Assembly: GCF_009914755.1 (NCBI RefSeq)
Contig: NC_060930.1
Reading direction: 5' to 3' (one strand)
Source of the DNA: the human T2T-CHM13v2.0 reference genome, Homo sapiens
DNA: 64,000 bases
How positions within the stretch are numbered: position 1 is the first letter of the stretch; each line of letters begins with the position of its first letter. Below, piece after piece: positions 40,866 to 53,749 of this stretch. Under the pieces are notes generated by a model that did no database searches, was not told where the DNA came from, and saw only the letters and a list, made by a program, of their open reading frames with translations. Made by a program: the position numbers and the translations under genes.

Positions 40866-41288
40866 TGCCTATTGAGTTCTCTGGAAAGCAGGCCCTACAG
40901 TGGGGTTTAGCGTTTAAGATGTTTTAAAGCAGCGTGCTCTGCGTATGCCTGAGACCTCTAGCAGGGAGGGAGAGTAATTGGCATAGGAAGAAAGAGAAGA
41001 TGGACTGAGATACAGGCCTGGCACCCTCAGCCCAACCAGGTGCTTTGGAGCTTCATTAGGCTATCACAGTTTTCCCATTTTAGGCCTAAATGGCCACACT
41101 ATTATACCTATGCTTTGAACACCAAGGCATGTGGCCTCCCCAAAGGTTGTGACCTTGAGTCGCGTGTCCCTGCAGCTGAAGCAATCTCAGGAGGTGCTGA
41201 CAGCTGAATGCTGTCATAGTCTCAGCAGTGAGGTCCACAAGCCTTCCCTAAAGGGGATCTGCGTGGTACATCTTCATATTCACCACTA
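40866..41288 (-). mobile_element. LTR16A-like ERVL solo LTR
   Basis: gagttctctggaaagcaggccct ... ccctgcagctgaagcaatc ... ccttccctaaaggggatctg...caccacta. Confidence 0.65.
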
Positions 41289-41329
41289 GCAACTTATCAA
41301 GGTAAAATAATGAAATAATATCTTTAAAT

Positions 41330-41555
41330 AAAAATGATTACTCTTATTTATTATCAGCTATGAGCAGACACTCTAAAAAGGTTCTATATGAAGAATGTCA
41401 TTTAATAGCTACACAACTCTATCACCTACCAAATTATTTTAGCTCCATTTTATGAATAAGGAAACTTGGACACATAACACTGAAAGGTCACATGAATAGA
41501 ATTTGAACCTGGGGACTCTAGCTGCAAATATGGAAATTTTTAACCCTACAGTACA
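41330..41555 (-). mobile_element. MIR
   Basis: tcatttaatagctacacaactctat...ccattttatgaataaggaaac...aggtcacatg...atttgaacctgg. Confidence 0.65.
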
Positions 41556-42529
41556 GGTGCCTTCCAAAAGGAATGCAAAACAGAACATAAGGCAATAAAT
41601 CATCCTGAATGTCCCAAATTCATTTTTGGTTAAGTGTACCTGTTTCCATTTAGATTTTGTAAGCTGAATTATATTTGTATAAAAAAAAATTTCTCTAATT
41701 ATGCTATTGGACACAAGAGGGTGACCCTCATAGTGATTTATGTTTGATGTCAAAGACAGGACAAACACAAATGAATACATAAAAACTGATGTGGAAAAAA
41801 AGCAAATAAACCAACATCTCCATTCAATAGTACAACCTGTTTAACCAGCAATCTAAGAAGGCTGAATGATTGCAGATCCTTGAAATAAACTTTTATGTTT
41901 ATACCTTATCATCAGGTGACTCAGCGTAATAAATATATAACAATAAAATTTAATTTAGAGATCTAATTCTCAAAGAAATGGAAAGTGTTAATGAAACAAC
42001 TTAAAATATATTACCATGTATTTTGCAGGCATTTAAAAATGTCTTGTAAATTTGAAAATGTACAATGCACTTATTCCCCAAAAGAATATTCTGTATAAAC
42101 TTCAACCAATATTTTTTATTAAATACAAATTAAATATTAAATTTATTTATTATAAATTAAAAACTAATGTATAATATTAGAAAAGAAATATCCAAACATT
42201 GAGAGCTATCAGTTTGTGGACTACTTTTGCACAGGATGTGATACACACTGACACTACAGTTACTAAAGCCAAGACTAGGCAAAACATGTATACTGGGACT
42301 AGAGAGAGCACAGGACAAGTTGCCCGAGTGGTTCATTTCTATTTCTGAATTTCTAGAATTTCTGAATTTCTATTATAAAGGACTCATTAAATAGATACAG
42401 AACATATTTTTAATAAACAGTTTATTAAACATTACAATCACTTTTTAAAAAGTTTTATTTTGTTTTATTTCCAAGATGGTAAAAAAGAGGATTTTAGTGT
42501 ATCTCAGACACTTGGAAATAGCACGATAG

Positions 42530-42859
<330 letters not shown>

Positions 42860-43489
42860 TAATTAAAGAAGGAAAATGAGAATCCACCAGAATCATGAAG
42901 GACACCCCACACTCTGGGGAGGAACATACCATCATACAGTCCGTGTGATGGTATGCAGCTGAAAAAAGAGAGTGAAGCTCCAGTATGTGAGAGGGGAAGA
43001 CAGTCTCTCTCTGTAACTCACCCTATCACTGGGAATCTATTCCAGGCCGAGGGAGAGCACTTTGTTTCTTCCAAGCCCTGGAGCTAATGTGGGGAGAGGC
43101 TTGGAGATGCTGTGAGGGAAAGATACTGGGAAAAGCTGCAGACATTTTCCCAGACCCAGGACCAAGAGCGGGACATCATTTTTCATCTGACAGCATAAAA
43201 AGTCAGTCTTTCTTTGGTGACCTGGCAGCATGGCTGTGCAGGCATTTTAGTCTCAGGTCAGAAATTGCAGCATCTGTTCTGGAGTAGGGTAAGAGTCTCC
43301 ATAGCCGGAACTGTGGAAAGTACCTCAGCAGAACATGCTAGAATTGTGTTGTCCCCCACTGCATGCCTGGGGCAGGAGGAGAGCTGCTACAGCTGCAGTT
43401 TCTCTTTAGCGACAAGACTTTCAGCCAGGGCCACCTTGGCAACCTGGAACCAGTAGGCACATGCCATTGCTTGGTGCCCCCAGCTGTTT

Positions 43490-44260
43490 TCCTGAGATCA
43501 TGATGCAGTGGGGCCCTCTCCACTCCACTCCTAGACAGGAATCCAGGCATTTGGATCCCCTACTTACCTGGATCAGCAGCTTGAGCTGCCCCAACTTTCA
43601 TGGAACTTTCATGGACATAGATTGTGGTATAGTAAGGACTCTCTGATCCACACTCAGGCAGATTTCTAGGTTTTCAGATCACCCTTTGGCTTGAATCAGC
43701 AGCCTGAGCTGCCCTACCCTTCCTGTGCATAGATCAAAATGCAGTGGGGGTTTTGCTCCACGTGTAGGCAGATCTTCAGACATTCAGAGCACCCACTTGC
43801 ATGGACTAGCAACCTGAGTTGTCCTACCCTTCCTGTGCGGAGATTCTGGTACAGAGGGGCCCTCTCTTCTTTACATCCAGACAGATCACCAGGCACTCAG
43901 AGCACTCGTTCACCTAGTCCAACAGTCCTATCCCCACCTTTCCTGGGCATAGATTGTGAGGCAGTGGGGCCCTCTCTGCTCTATGCCTAGGCAGATCTTG
44001 AGGCATTCAGAGCACTCACACACCTGAATCAGCAATCTGACTCACCCTACCCTTCCTGTGCAGAGATCTTGGTGCAGGGGGGGCTCTCTCTGCTCCACGT
44101 CCAGACAGATTTCCAGGGATTTGGAACACCTACTCACCAGGAACAGTAACCTGACCTGCCCTACCCTTCCTGTGCAGAGATTCTTGTGCAAGGAGATCTC
44201 TTCATTCCACTCTCAGGCAGATCTCCACATATTTGGAGCACCCACTCTCCTAGATTAGGA
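43490..44260 (+). repeat. Seven ~110-114-bp degenerate tandem units in the L1 5'UTR
   Basis: The motif g(g/a)caga(t) recurs at 43534 (degenerate), 43657, 43767, 43880, 43990, 44104 and 44216. cctacccttcctgtgc recurs in phase. Confidence 0.85.
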
Positions 44261-45366
44261 GTTCAGGCTGTCCCTCTTCCCACGTAGAGAACTTGGAGCC
44301 AAGGAGGTTTCCCAGCTCCACACCTAGGCACACCTCTCGGTGTTTGGTGGCCAACCACTGGATTCTCTCTCAGAGAAGGTGCTTGTGCTTGCCATTAGGG
44401 GACCTATAGGCAGACCTGCCCAGTCTTGCCCCACCCATCTTGGCCCACACCTCCCAGGGCTGAGCAGGGAGCTCAGACTATTGTGTGCTCCACAAATCAG
44501 GCCATTGCATGAAGCAACAGAGAGCTTCTCCCAGTAAACAGGGATCAAGTATACACCCAGCCACATTGGCCATGGCTGGCTCTTCCTAAAAGTGCCATTG
44601 GCTGGCTTGTAGATAAAACTGCACATTCCAAAACAAGGCAGAAGTGCATGGAAGCTATAGAAGCAAAGCCAAAAGACCCTACTCACCATTCTCTAGTCAC
44701 ATGCCCTAGGGAGAAAGGGAAAGAAAAAAATAATAATATTACAGAAAAAAAGAAGGGTTCAATTCAACTTGAAAGCTTAACTATCCTAAATTAAACAACT
44801 TGCTCCTGAATGACTTTAGGTAAATAACAAAATTAAGGCAGAAATAAAAGAAAAATCTTTGAAATAAACAAAAACGGAAACATAACATACCAAAATTTCT
44901 GGCATTCAGCAAAAGCAGTGTTAACAGGAATTGTTTATAGTGCTGAATGGCTACCTCAAAGAGGTAGAGATGTCTCAAATTAATGGCCTAACACCACATT
45001 TAGTGGAATTAGAAATGAGGAACAAACTAACCCTTACCTTAAAAGAAGAAAAGAAAGAAGTAAAATCAGAGCAGAACTGAAGGAAACTGAGACTCAAAAA
45101 TCAACACAAAGAGCAATGAAAGCAAAAGTTTGTTTTTTGAAAGGATAAACAAGATCAATAGACAGCTAGCTAGATTAACCAAGGAAAAAATGACAGAGAA
45201 GATCCAAATAATTACAATCAGAAATGACAAATGTAACATTATGACTAATCCCACAGAACTACAAAATATCCTCAGACACTATTATGAACACCTCTATTCA
45301 CAAACTAGAAAATCCAGTGGAAATAAATAAATTCCTGGAAACACACAGTCTTCCAAGATTTAACCA

Positions 45367-45719
45367 TGTGTTAGTCTGTTCTAATGCTGCTCAAAAAACA
45401 TACCTGAGACTGGGTAATTTATAAAGGCAAGAGATTTAATGGACTCACAGTTCCACACGGCTGAAGAGGCCTCACAATTATGGTGAAAGATGAAGGAGGA
45501 ACAAAGGGATGTCTTACATGGCAGCAGGCAAGAGTGCTTGTGCAAAGGAACTCTCGTTTATAAAACCATCAGATCTCATGAGACTTATTCACTACCATGA
45601 GAAGAGTGTGAGGGAACCACCCCCATGATTCAATTATCTCCACCTGTCCCCACCTTGGTATGTGGGGATTATTAAAATTCAAGATGAGATTTGAATGGGG
45701 ACACAGCCAAACCATATGA
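45367..45719 (-). mobile_element. THE1 (B/C-like) MaLR solo LTR inside L1 ORF2
   Basis: tgtgttagtctgttct...ggggacacagccaaaccatatga. 5-bp TSD aacca/aatca. Confidence 0.9.
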
Positions 45720-47697
45720 AATCAGGAAAAAATTAAAACCTTGAACAGACCAATATGAGTTCCAAAGTCAAATCAATAATAATAAGTCTACCAACCAAAA
45801 AAGACCCAGACCAGATGGATTTACAGACAAATTCTACCAGATGTACAAAGAAGAGCTGGTACCCATCCTACAGAAAATATTCCAAAAAATCAAGGAGAAG
45901 GACTCTCTAACTCATTCTATGAAGCTAGTGTCACCTGGAGACCAAAACATGGCAAAGACACAATGAATAAAAAAATCCTCAGGCCAATATCTCTAATGAA
46001 CATAGACAAAAAAAAATCCTCAACAAAATACTAGTGAATTTAATTCAGGAGCACATCAAAAATTAATTCACCATAATTAAGTTGCCTTTATTCCAGGGAA
46101 TGCAATCTTGGTTCAACATATGCAAATCAATAAATGTGATTCACCGGATAAAATTAAAAACAAAAATTATATGATTATCTTAATAGATGTAGAAAAATCT
46201 TTACATAAAATCTAACATCACTTCATGATAAAAACCCTCAAGAAACTAGGTCTCAAAGGAACATACCTCAGCGTACTGCATGGGCAAAAAGTGAAAGCAT
46301 TCCCCTTGAAAACTGGAATAAGACAAGGATGTTCACTCTCACTACTCCTATTCGACATAGTACTGGAAGTGCTAGCCAGAGAAATCAGACAAGAGAAATA
46401 AATAAAAGGCATCCAACTAGGAAAAGAAGAAGTTAAACGATCTCTCTTTGGGGACTATAGGATTCTATACCTAGAAAAACCTGAAGACTCCACCAAAAGG
46501 CTCCTGGACTGATATATGACTTCACTGAAGTTTCAGGACAAAAAAACTTAATGTAAAAATATTGGTAGCATTTTCATATATCAATAACACTCAAGCTGAG
46601 AGCCAAATCAAGAACGTAATCCATTTTAATAGCCACACACAAAAATAAAATACCTAGGAATACATCTAAGCAAGGAGGTGAAAGATCTCTACAGGAAAAA
46701 CTATGATACACTGCTGAAATAACTCAGATGTGACACAAACAAACAGAAAAACATTCCATGCTCATGGATTGGAAGAATCAATATCATTAAAATGGCCACA
46801 CTGCTCAAAGAATCTGCACATTTAACAATACTTCTATCAATCTACCAACATAATTTTTCACAGAACTAGAAAAAAACTATTCTAAATTCATATAGAACCA
46901 GTAAAGAGCCCAAATAGCTAAAGCAATCCTAAGCAAAAAGAACAAAGCTTAAGACGTCATTCACCCTACTTGACTTTATACTATGAGGTATGATAATCCA
47001 AACAGCAATGTCCTGGTTCAAAAACAGACACATAGAGCAATAGAACAGAATAGAGAACCCAAAAATAACACCACACACCTACAGCCATCTGATCTTCAAC
47101 AAAATAAGCAATGGGGAAAGAACTCCCTATTTGATAAATGATGCCGGCACAGCTGACTAGCCAAATGCAGAAAGACGAAACTGGACTCCTCCCTTTCACC
47201 ATATTAAAAATTAACGCAAAGTGGATTAAATATTTAAATGTGAGACCTCAAACTTTAATAATCCTAGAAGAAAACCTAGGAAATACCATTCTAGTTATTG
47301 ACCTTGGGAAATAATTTATAACTAAGTTCTCAAAAGCAATTACAACAAAACAAAAATTGACAAGTGGGACCCAATTAAACTAAAGAGCATCTGCACAGCA
47401 AAAGAAACTATCAACAGAGTAAACAGACAACCTACAGAATGGGAGGAGATATTTTCAAGCTTTATCTGACAAAGATCTAATGTCCAGAATGTATAAAGAA
47501 CTTAAACAATGCAACAGGCAAAAAAAAAAAAAAAAAAAAAAACCCATTTAAAAAATAGTCAAAAGACATGAACAGACACTTCTCAAAAGAAGACATACAA
47601 GTGGCCAAGAAACATGAAAAAAATGCTCCACATCACTAATCAGCAGAGAAATGAAAATTAAAATCACGATGACACAGCATTTCACACCACTCAGCAT

Positions 47698-48021
47698 GGC
47701 CGAGTGTAATGGCTCATTCCTGTAATCCCAGCACTTCGGGAGACCAACATGAGTTGATTGCTTGAGCTCAGGAGTTCCAGACCAGCCTGAGAAACATGGT
47801 GAAACCCCTCCTCTACAGAAATAAAAAAAAAAAAAATTAGCCTTTGTAGCACATGCCTGTATTCCCAGCTACTGGGGAGGCTGAGGTGAGAGGATCTCTT
47901 GAACCTAGGAAGCAGAGGTTACAGTGAGCAGAGATCACACCACTGCACTACAGCCCAGGCAACAGAGTGAGACAGTCTCAAAAAAACAAACAAACAAACA
48001 AACAAACAAAAACAAAAAAAA
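47698..48021 (+). mobile_element. AluJb-like with a (CAAA)n tail, inside L1 ORF2
   Basis: gattgcttgagctcaggagtt and gaggctgaggtgagaggatc. L1 sequence resumes at ttattactaaaaagtc. Confidence 0.9.
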
Positions 48022-49817
48022 GGTTATTACTAAAAAGTCAAAAAACTACAGATGCTGGAGAAGCTGAGGAGAAAAAAGGTAATGCTTATACACTGCTGGT
48101 GGGGAACGTAATTTATTTGAGCCACTGTGAAAAGCAGTTTGGAGATTGCTCAAAAAAAAAAAAAAAAAAGCTCAGAACTACCATATGATCTAGCAATCCC
48201 ATTACTGGGTATATATCCAAAGGAAAATAAATTGTGCTGCCAAAAAGACACATGTATTTGCATGTTCATCGCAGCACTAGTCACAACAGCAAAGACTAGA
48301 ATCAATCTAGGTGCCTATCAGTGGTGGACTGGATTAAAAAAATGTGATACATGTATACCATGGAATGCTATGCATCCATAAAAAGAATGAAATGATGTCC
48401 TTTGAAGCAACATGAATGCAGCTGGAGGCCATTATCTTAAGCAAAATAATGCAGGAACAGAAAACCAAATATCACATGCTTTCACTCTTAAGTGGGAACT
48501 AAATTTTCAGTACCTGTGGACATAAAGATGGCAACAATATAAACTGGCATCTACTAAAGGAGGGAAGAAAGGGTGGAAAAGGGCTGGAAAAGTACTTGGC
48601 TACTATGCTCAGTACCTGGTGACGGGATCAATCATACTTCAAACCTCAGCATTATGTAATATACCTAGGTAACAAACTTGCATATGTACCCCATGAATCT
48701 AAGAGGAAATTAGAAATTATAAAAAAAATGACAACCCATGAACAACCACTAAAATATATTTATCTTATTTTATGGGTTACTCATTTCATTATAAAGGCTT
48801 TATGAACTTACCTAAGGAATTTACAATATAATGGGCAATCTTTTTTTGCTGTTTTGTTTCTTTTGTTGTTGTTTTAAATACAATTATTTATTTAAGCAAT
48901 TATTAAGCAAATAAGGCAAATTGTTAAGCAAAAGAGCTTTCATAACAATGCTTGTTCTTCTGGCTTGGAAAGCTCTGCAGCCTAATCAGAGAGCCTGTGT
49001 TTTACTACTTTAATCAACTTCCCTTGTGTACTCTGGACAGCCTCAAAATTATTCAATTATCACATCTCTCAAACTGCATTTTCTTAAATCAGGCACAGAA
49101 ACTCACTTTGGTGAGAAGGTAAGAGGGCCTTGTGCAAAAAGCCTTTTCTTTTGTAAAGCAGTACAGCCAAGTTTAGGGCCTGACCAAACAATACAGAATA
49201 GAGGTATTTCCACAGACATTTTACAACTTGCTAACTTATCAAAACTCTCCCTCCTTCCCCAGCCCTCACCTCCACCCCACACACTGAGTTAACTCTGCTT
49301 GAGAACACATCTAGTCATTCCCCCTCAGGACCACACTTGAAATATAAATGACCGTTAAAAATTGGCTATATTCAAAAGCACTAGAGATGTGTACCTTTCA
49401 GAGAGAATGCTGGGAGATGTAGATTTCATACTGCAACGTGAGCCTTTTGCCCTTTTTCTGTCTTCATGGGAATTATGAACAATTTTCCACTTTGTTTCGG
49501 TGATCATTTTTTCATTTGGTCATGATGACCTCAATATTATGCTACTTCCCCTTTTTAGCTCTGTGCTGAATAATTGCAAATTTTTAAACTTGCCTTATTT
49601 TTCTATTTTTTAAATAATACTTTAAATTCTGAGATACATGTGCAGAACGTGCAGGTTTGTTACATAGGTATACATGTGCCATGGTGGTTTGCTGCACCCA
49701 TCACCCCGTCATCTACATTAGCTATTTCTCCTAATGCTATCCCTCTCCTATCCCCTCACCCACCAACAGGCCCTGGTGTGTGATGTTCTGCTCCCTGTGT
49801 CCATGTGTTCTCACTGT

Positions 49818-52800
49818 TCGACTCCCACTTATGAGTGAGAACATGTGGTGTTTCATTTTCTGTTCCTCTGTTAGTTTGCCGACAGTGATGGTTTCCAGCT
49901 TCATCCATGTCCCTCCAAAGGACATGAACTCATCCTTTTTATGGCTGCATAGTATTCCATGGTTTATATGTGCCACATTTTCTTCATCCAGTCTATCATT
50001 GATGGGCATTTGGGTTGGTTTCAAGTCTTTGCTATTGTGAATAGTGCTGCAATAAACATACATGTGTGTGTGTCATTACAGTAGAATGATTTATACTCCT
50101 TTGGGTAACTTCTGGTTCTAGATCCTTGAGGAATCACCACACTGTCTTCTATAATGGTTGAACTAATTTACTCTCCCACCAACAGTGTAAAAGCATTCCT
50201 ATTTCTCCACATCCTCTTCAGCATCTGTTGTTTCTTGACTTTTTAATGATCACCATTCTAACTGGTGTGAGATGGTATCTCATTGTGGTTTTGATTTGCA
50301 TTTCTCTAATGACCAGTGTTGATGAGCTTCTTTTCATGTTTGTTGTCTGCATAAATGTCTTCTTCTGAAAAGTGTCTGTTCATATCCTTTGCCCACTTTT
50401 TGATGGGGTCGTTATTTTTTTCTTGTAAATTTGTTTAAGTTCCTCGTAGATTCTGGATATTAGCCCTTTGTCAGATGAATAGATTGCAAAAATTTTCTCC
50501 CATTCTGTAGGTTGCCTGTTCATTCTGATGATAGTTTCTTTTGCTGTGCAGAAGCTCTTTAGTTTAATTAGATCCCATTTGTCAATTTTGGCTTTTGTTG
50601 CCATTGCTTTTGCTGTTTTAGTCATGAAGTCCTTGCCCATGACTACGTCCTGAATGGTATTGCCTAGGTTTTCTTCTAGGGTTTTTAAGGTTTTAGGTCT
50701 TACATTTAAGTCTTTAATCCATCTTGAGTTAATTTTTGTATAAGGTGTAAGGAAGGGGTCCAGTTTCAGTTTTCTGCACATGGCTAGCCAGTTTTCCCAA
50801 CACCATTTATTAAACAGGGAATCCTTTCCCCATTGCTTGTTTTTGTCAGGTTCTTCAAAGATCAGATGGTTGTAGAGGTGTGGCATTATTTCTGACACCT
50901 CTGTTCTGTTCTATTGGTCTGTATATCTGTTTTGGTACCAGTACCATGCTGTTTTGGTGATGGCAATCTTGTAGTATAGTTTGAAATCAGGTAGCATGAT
51001 GCCTCCAGCTTTGTTCTTTTTGCTTAGGATTGTCTTGGCTATATGGGCTCTTTTTTGGTTCTATATGAAATTTAAAGTAGTTTTTTCTAATTCTGTGAAG
51101 AAAGTCAATGGTAGCTTGATGGGTATAGCATTGGATCTATAAATTACTTTGGGCAGTATGGCCATTTCCACAATATGGATTCTTCCTATCCATGAGCATG
51201 GAATGTTTTTTCCATTTGTTTGTGCCCTTTCTTTTTTCCTTCAGCAGTGGTTTGTAGTTCTCCTTGAAGAGGTCCTTCACGTCACTTCTAAGTGGTATTC
51301 CTAGGTATTTTATTGTCTTTGTAGCAATTGTGAATGGGAGTTGACTCATGATTTGACTCTCTGTTTGTCTATTTTTGGTGTACAGGGATGGTTGTGATTT
51401 TTGCACATTGGTTTTGTATCCTGAGACTTTGCTGAAGTTGCTTATCAGCTTAAGGAGATATTGGGCTGAGACAATGGGGTTTTCTAAATATACAATCATG
51501 TCTTCTGCAAACAGACAATTTGACTTCCTCTCTTTATATTTGAATACCATTTTTTTCTTTCTCTTTCTTGATTGCCCTGGCCGGAATTTCCGATACTACG
51601 TTGAATAGGAGTGGTGAGAGAGGGCATCCTTGTCTTGTGCCAGTTTTCAAAGTGAATACTTCCAGCTTTTGCCCATTCAGTATGATATTGTCTGTGGGTC
51701 TGTCATAAATAGCTCTTATTATTTTGAGATATGTTCCATCAATACGTAGTTTATTGAGAGTTTTTAGCATGAAGCGGTGTTGAATTTTATCGAAGGCCTT
51801 TTCTGCATCTATTGCGATAATCATGTAGTTTTTGTCATTGGTCCTGTTTATGTGATGGATTACATTTATTGATTTGTGTATGTTCAACCAGCTTGCATCT
51901 CAGGGATGAAGCCAACTTGATTGTGGTGGATAAGCTTTTTGATGTGCTCCTGGATTTGGTTTGCCAGTATTTTATTAAGGATTTTTGCATCGACGTTCAT
52001 CAGGGATACTGGCCTGAAATTTTCTTTTTTTGTTGTGCCTCTGCCAGGTTTTGGTATCAGGATGATGCTGGCCTTATAACATAAGTTATGGAGGAGTCCC
52101 TCTTTTCCTATTGTTTGGAATAGTTTCATAAGGAATGGTACCAGCTGCTCTTTGTACCTCTGGTACAATTCGGCTGTGAATCCATCTGGTCCTGGGCTTT
52201 TTTTGGTTGGTAGGCTATTAATTACTGCCTCAATTTCAGAACTTGTTATTGGTCTATTCAGGGATTTGACTTGTTCCTGGTTCAGTCTTGGGAGGGTGTA
52301 TGTGCCAGGAATTTATCCATTTCTTCTAGATTTTCTAGTTTATTTGAATAGAGGTGTTTATAGTATTCTCTGATGGTAGTTTGCATTTCTGTGGGATCAG
52401 TCGTGATATACCTTTTATCATTTTTTATTGTCTCTATTTGATTCTTCTCTTTTTTCTTCTTTATTAGTCTGGCTAGCAGTCTATCTTTTTTTTTTTTTTT
52501 TGAGACAGAGTCTCACTCTTGCCCAGGCTGGAGTGCAGTCTATCTATTTTGTTGATCTTTTGAATAAACCAGCTCCTGGATTCCTTGATTTTTTGAAGGC
52601 TTTTTCATGTGTTCATCTCCTTCAGTTCTGCTCTGATCTTAGTTATTTCTTGTCTTCTGCTAGCTTTTGAATCTGTTTGCTCTTGCTTCTCTAGTTCTTT
52701 TAATTGTGATGTTAGGGGGTCAATTTTAGATCTTTCCAGCTTTCTCCTGCGGGCATTTAGTGCTATAAATTTCCCTCTAAACACTGCTTTAGCTGTGTCC

Positions 52801-53686
52801 CAGAGATTCTGGTACATCGTGTCTTTGTTCTCCTTGGTTTCAAAGAACTTATTTATTTCTGCCTTAATTTTGTTATTTACCCAGTAGGCATTCAGGATCA
52901 GGTTGTTCAGCTTCCATGTAGTTGTGCAGTTTTGAGTGAGTTTCTTAATCCTGAATTCTAATTTGATTGCACTGTGGTCTGAGAGACTATTTGTTATGAT
53001 TTCCATTCTTTTGCATTTGCTGAGCAGTGTTTTACTTCCAATTATGTGGCCAATTATAGAATAAGTGCGAAGTGGTGCTTAGAAGAACGTATATTCTGTT
53101 GATTTAGGGTGGAGAGTTCTGTAGATGTCTATTAGTTCCACTTGGTCCAGAGCTGAGTTCAAGTCCTGAATATCCTTGTTAATTTTCTGTCTTGTTGATC
53201 TGTCTAATATTGACAGTGGGGTGTTAAAGTCTCTTATTATTATTGTGTGGGAGTCTAAGTCTCTTTTTAGGTCTCTAAGAACTTGCTTTATGAATCTGTA
53301 TTGGGTGCTTCTGTATTGGGTGCATATATGTTTAGGATAGTTAGCTCTTCTTGTTGTGTTGATCCCTTTACCATTATGTAATGCCCTTCTTTGTCTCTCT
53401 TGATCTTTGTTGGTTTAAATACTGGTTTATCAGAGACTGGAATTGCAACCCTTGGTTTTTTTTTTTTTTTTTTTTTTTTTTTCTTTCCATTTGCTTGGTA
53501 AATCTTCCTCCATCCCTTTATTTTGAGCCTACGTGTGTCTCTGCATGTGAGATGGGTCTCCCGAATATGGCACACTGATGGATCTTGACTCTTTCTCCAA
53601 TTTGCCAGTCTGTGTCTTTTAACTGGGGCATTTAGCCCATTTACATTTAAGGCTAATATTGTTGTGTGTGAATTTGATTCTTTCAT
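49818..53686 (-). pseudogene. Disrupted L1 ORF2 (APE endonuclease, reverse transcriptase, C-terminal domain)
   Basis: Track fragments MKESNSHTTILALNVNGLN..., ...SDHSAIKLE..., ...[14 protein letters not shown]..., ...[13 protein letters not shown]..., ...[15 protein letters not shown].... Multiple frameshifts, and the catalytic FADD reads FAED. Confidence 0.9.
52487..52539 (-). mobile_element. Extremely 5'-truncated Alu (~38 nt plus tail) with an 11-bp TSD, inside L1 ORF2
   Basis: gcagtctatct (52476-52486), poly(T), gagacagagtctcactcttgcccaggctggagt, gcagtctatct (52535-52545). Confidence 0.9.
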
Positions 53687-53749
53687 TATGATGCTCGCTG
53701 GTTATTTTGGCCATAGGTTGATGCAGTTTCTTCATGGTGTTAATGGTCT

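Noticed and set aside
41916-41925. AP-1/ARE motif GTGACTCAGC
   Set aside because: An isolated motif in AT-rich DNA with no supporting cluster; not enough to call an element.
43490-44260. Regularly spaced repeats resembling a CRISPR-like array
   Set aside because: Whole units are homologous, with no unique spacers. The array lies in a primate L1 5'UTR and there are no cas genes.
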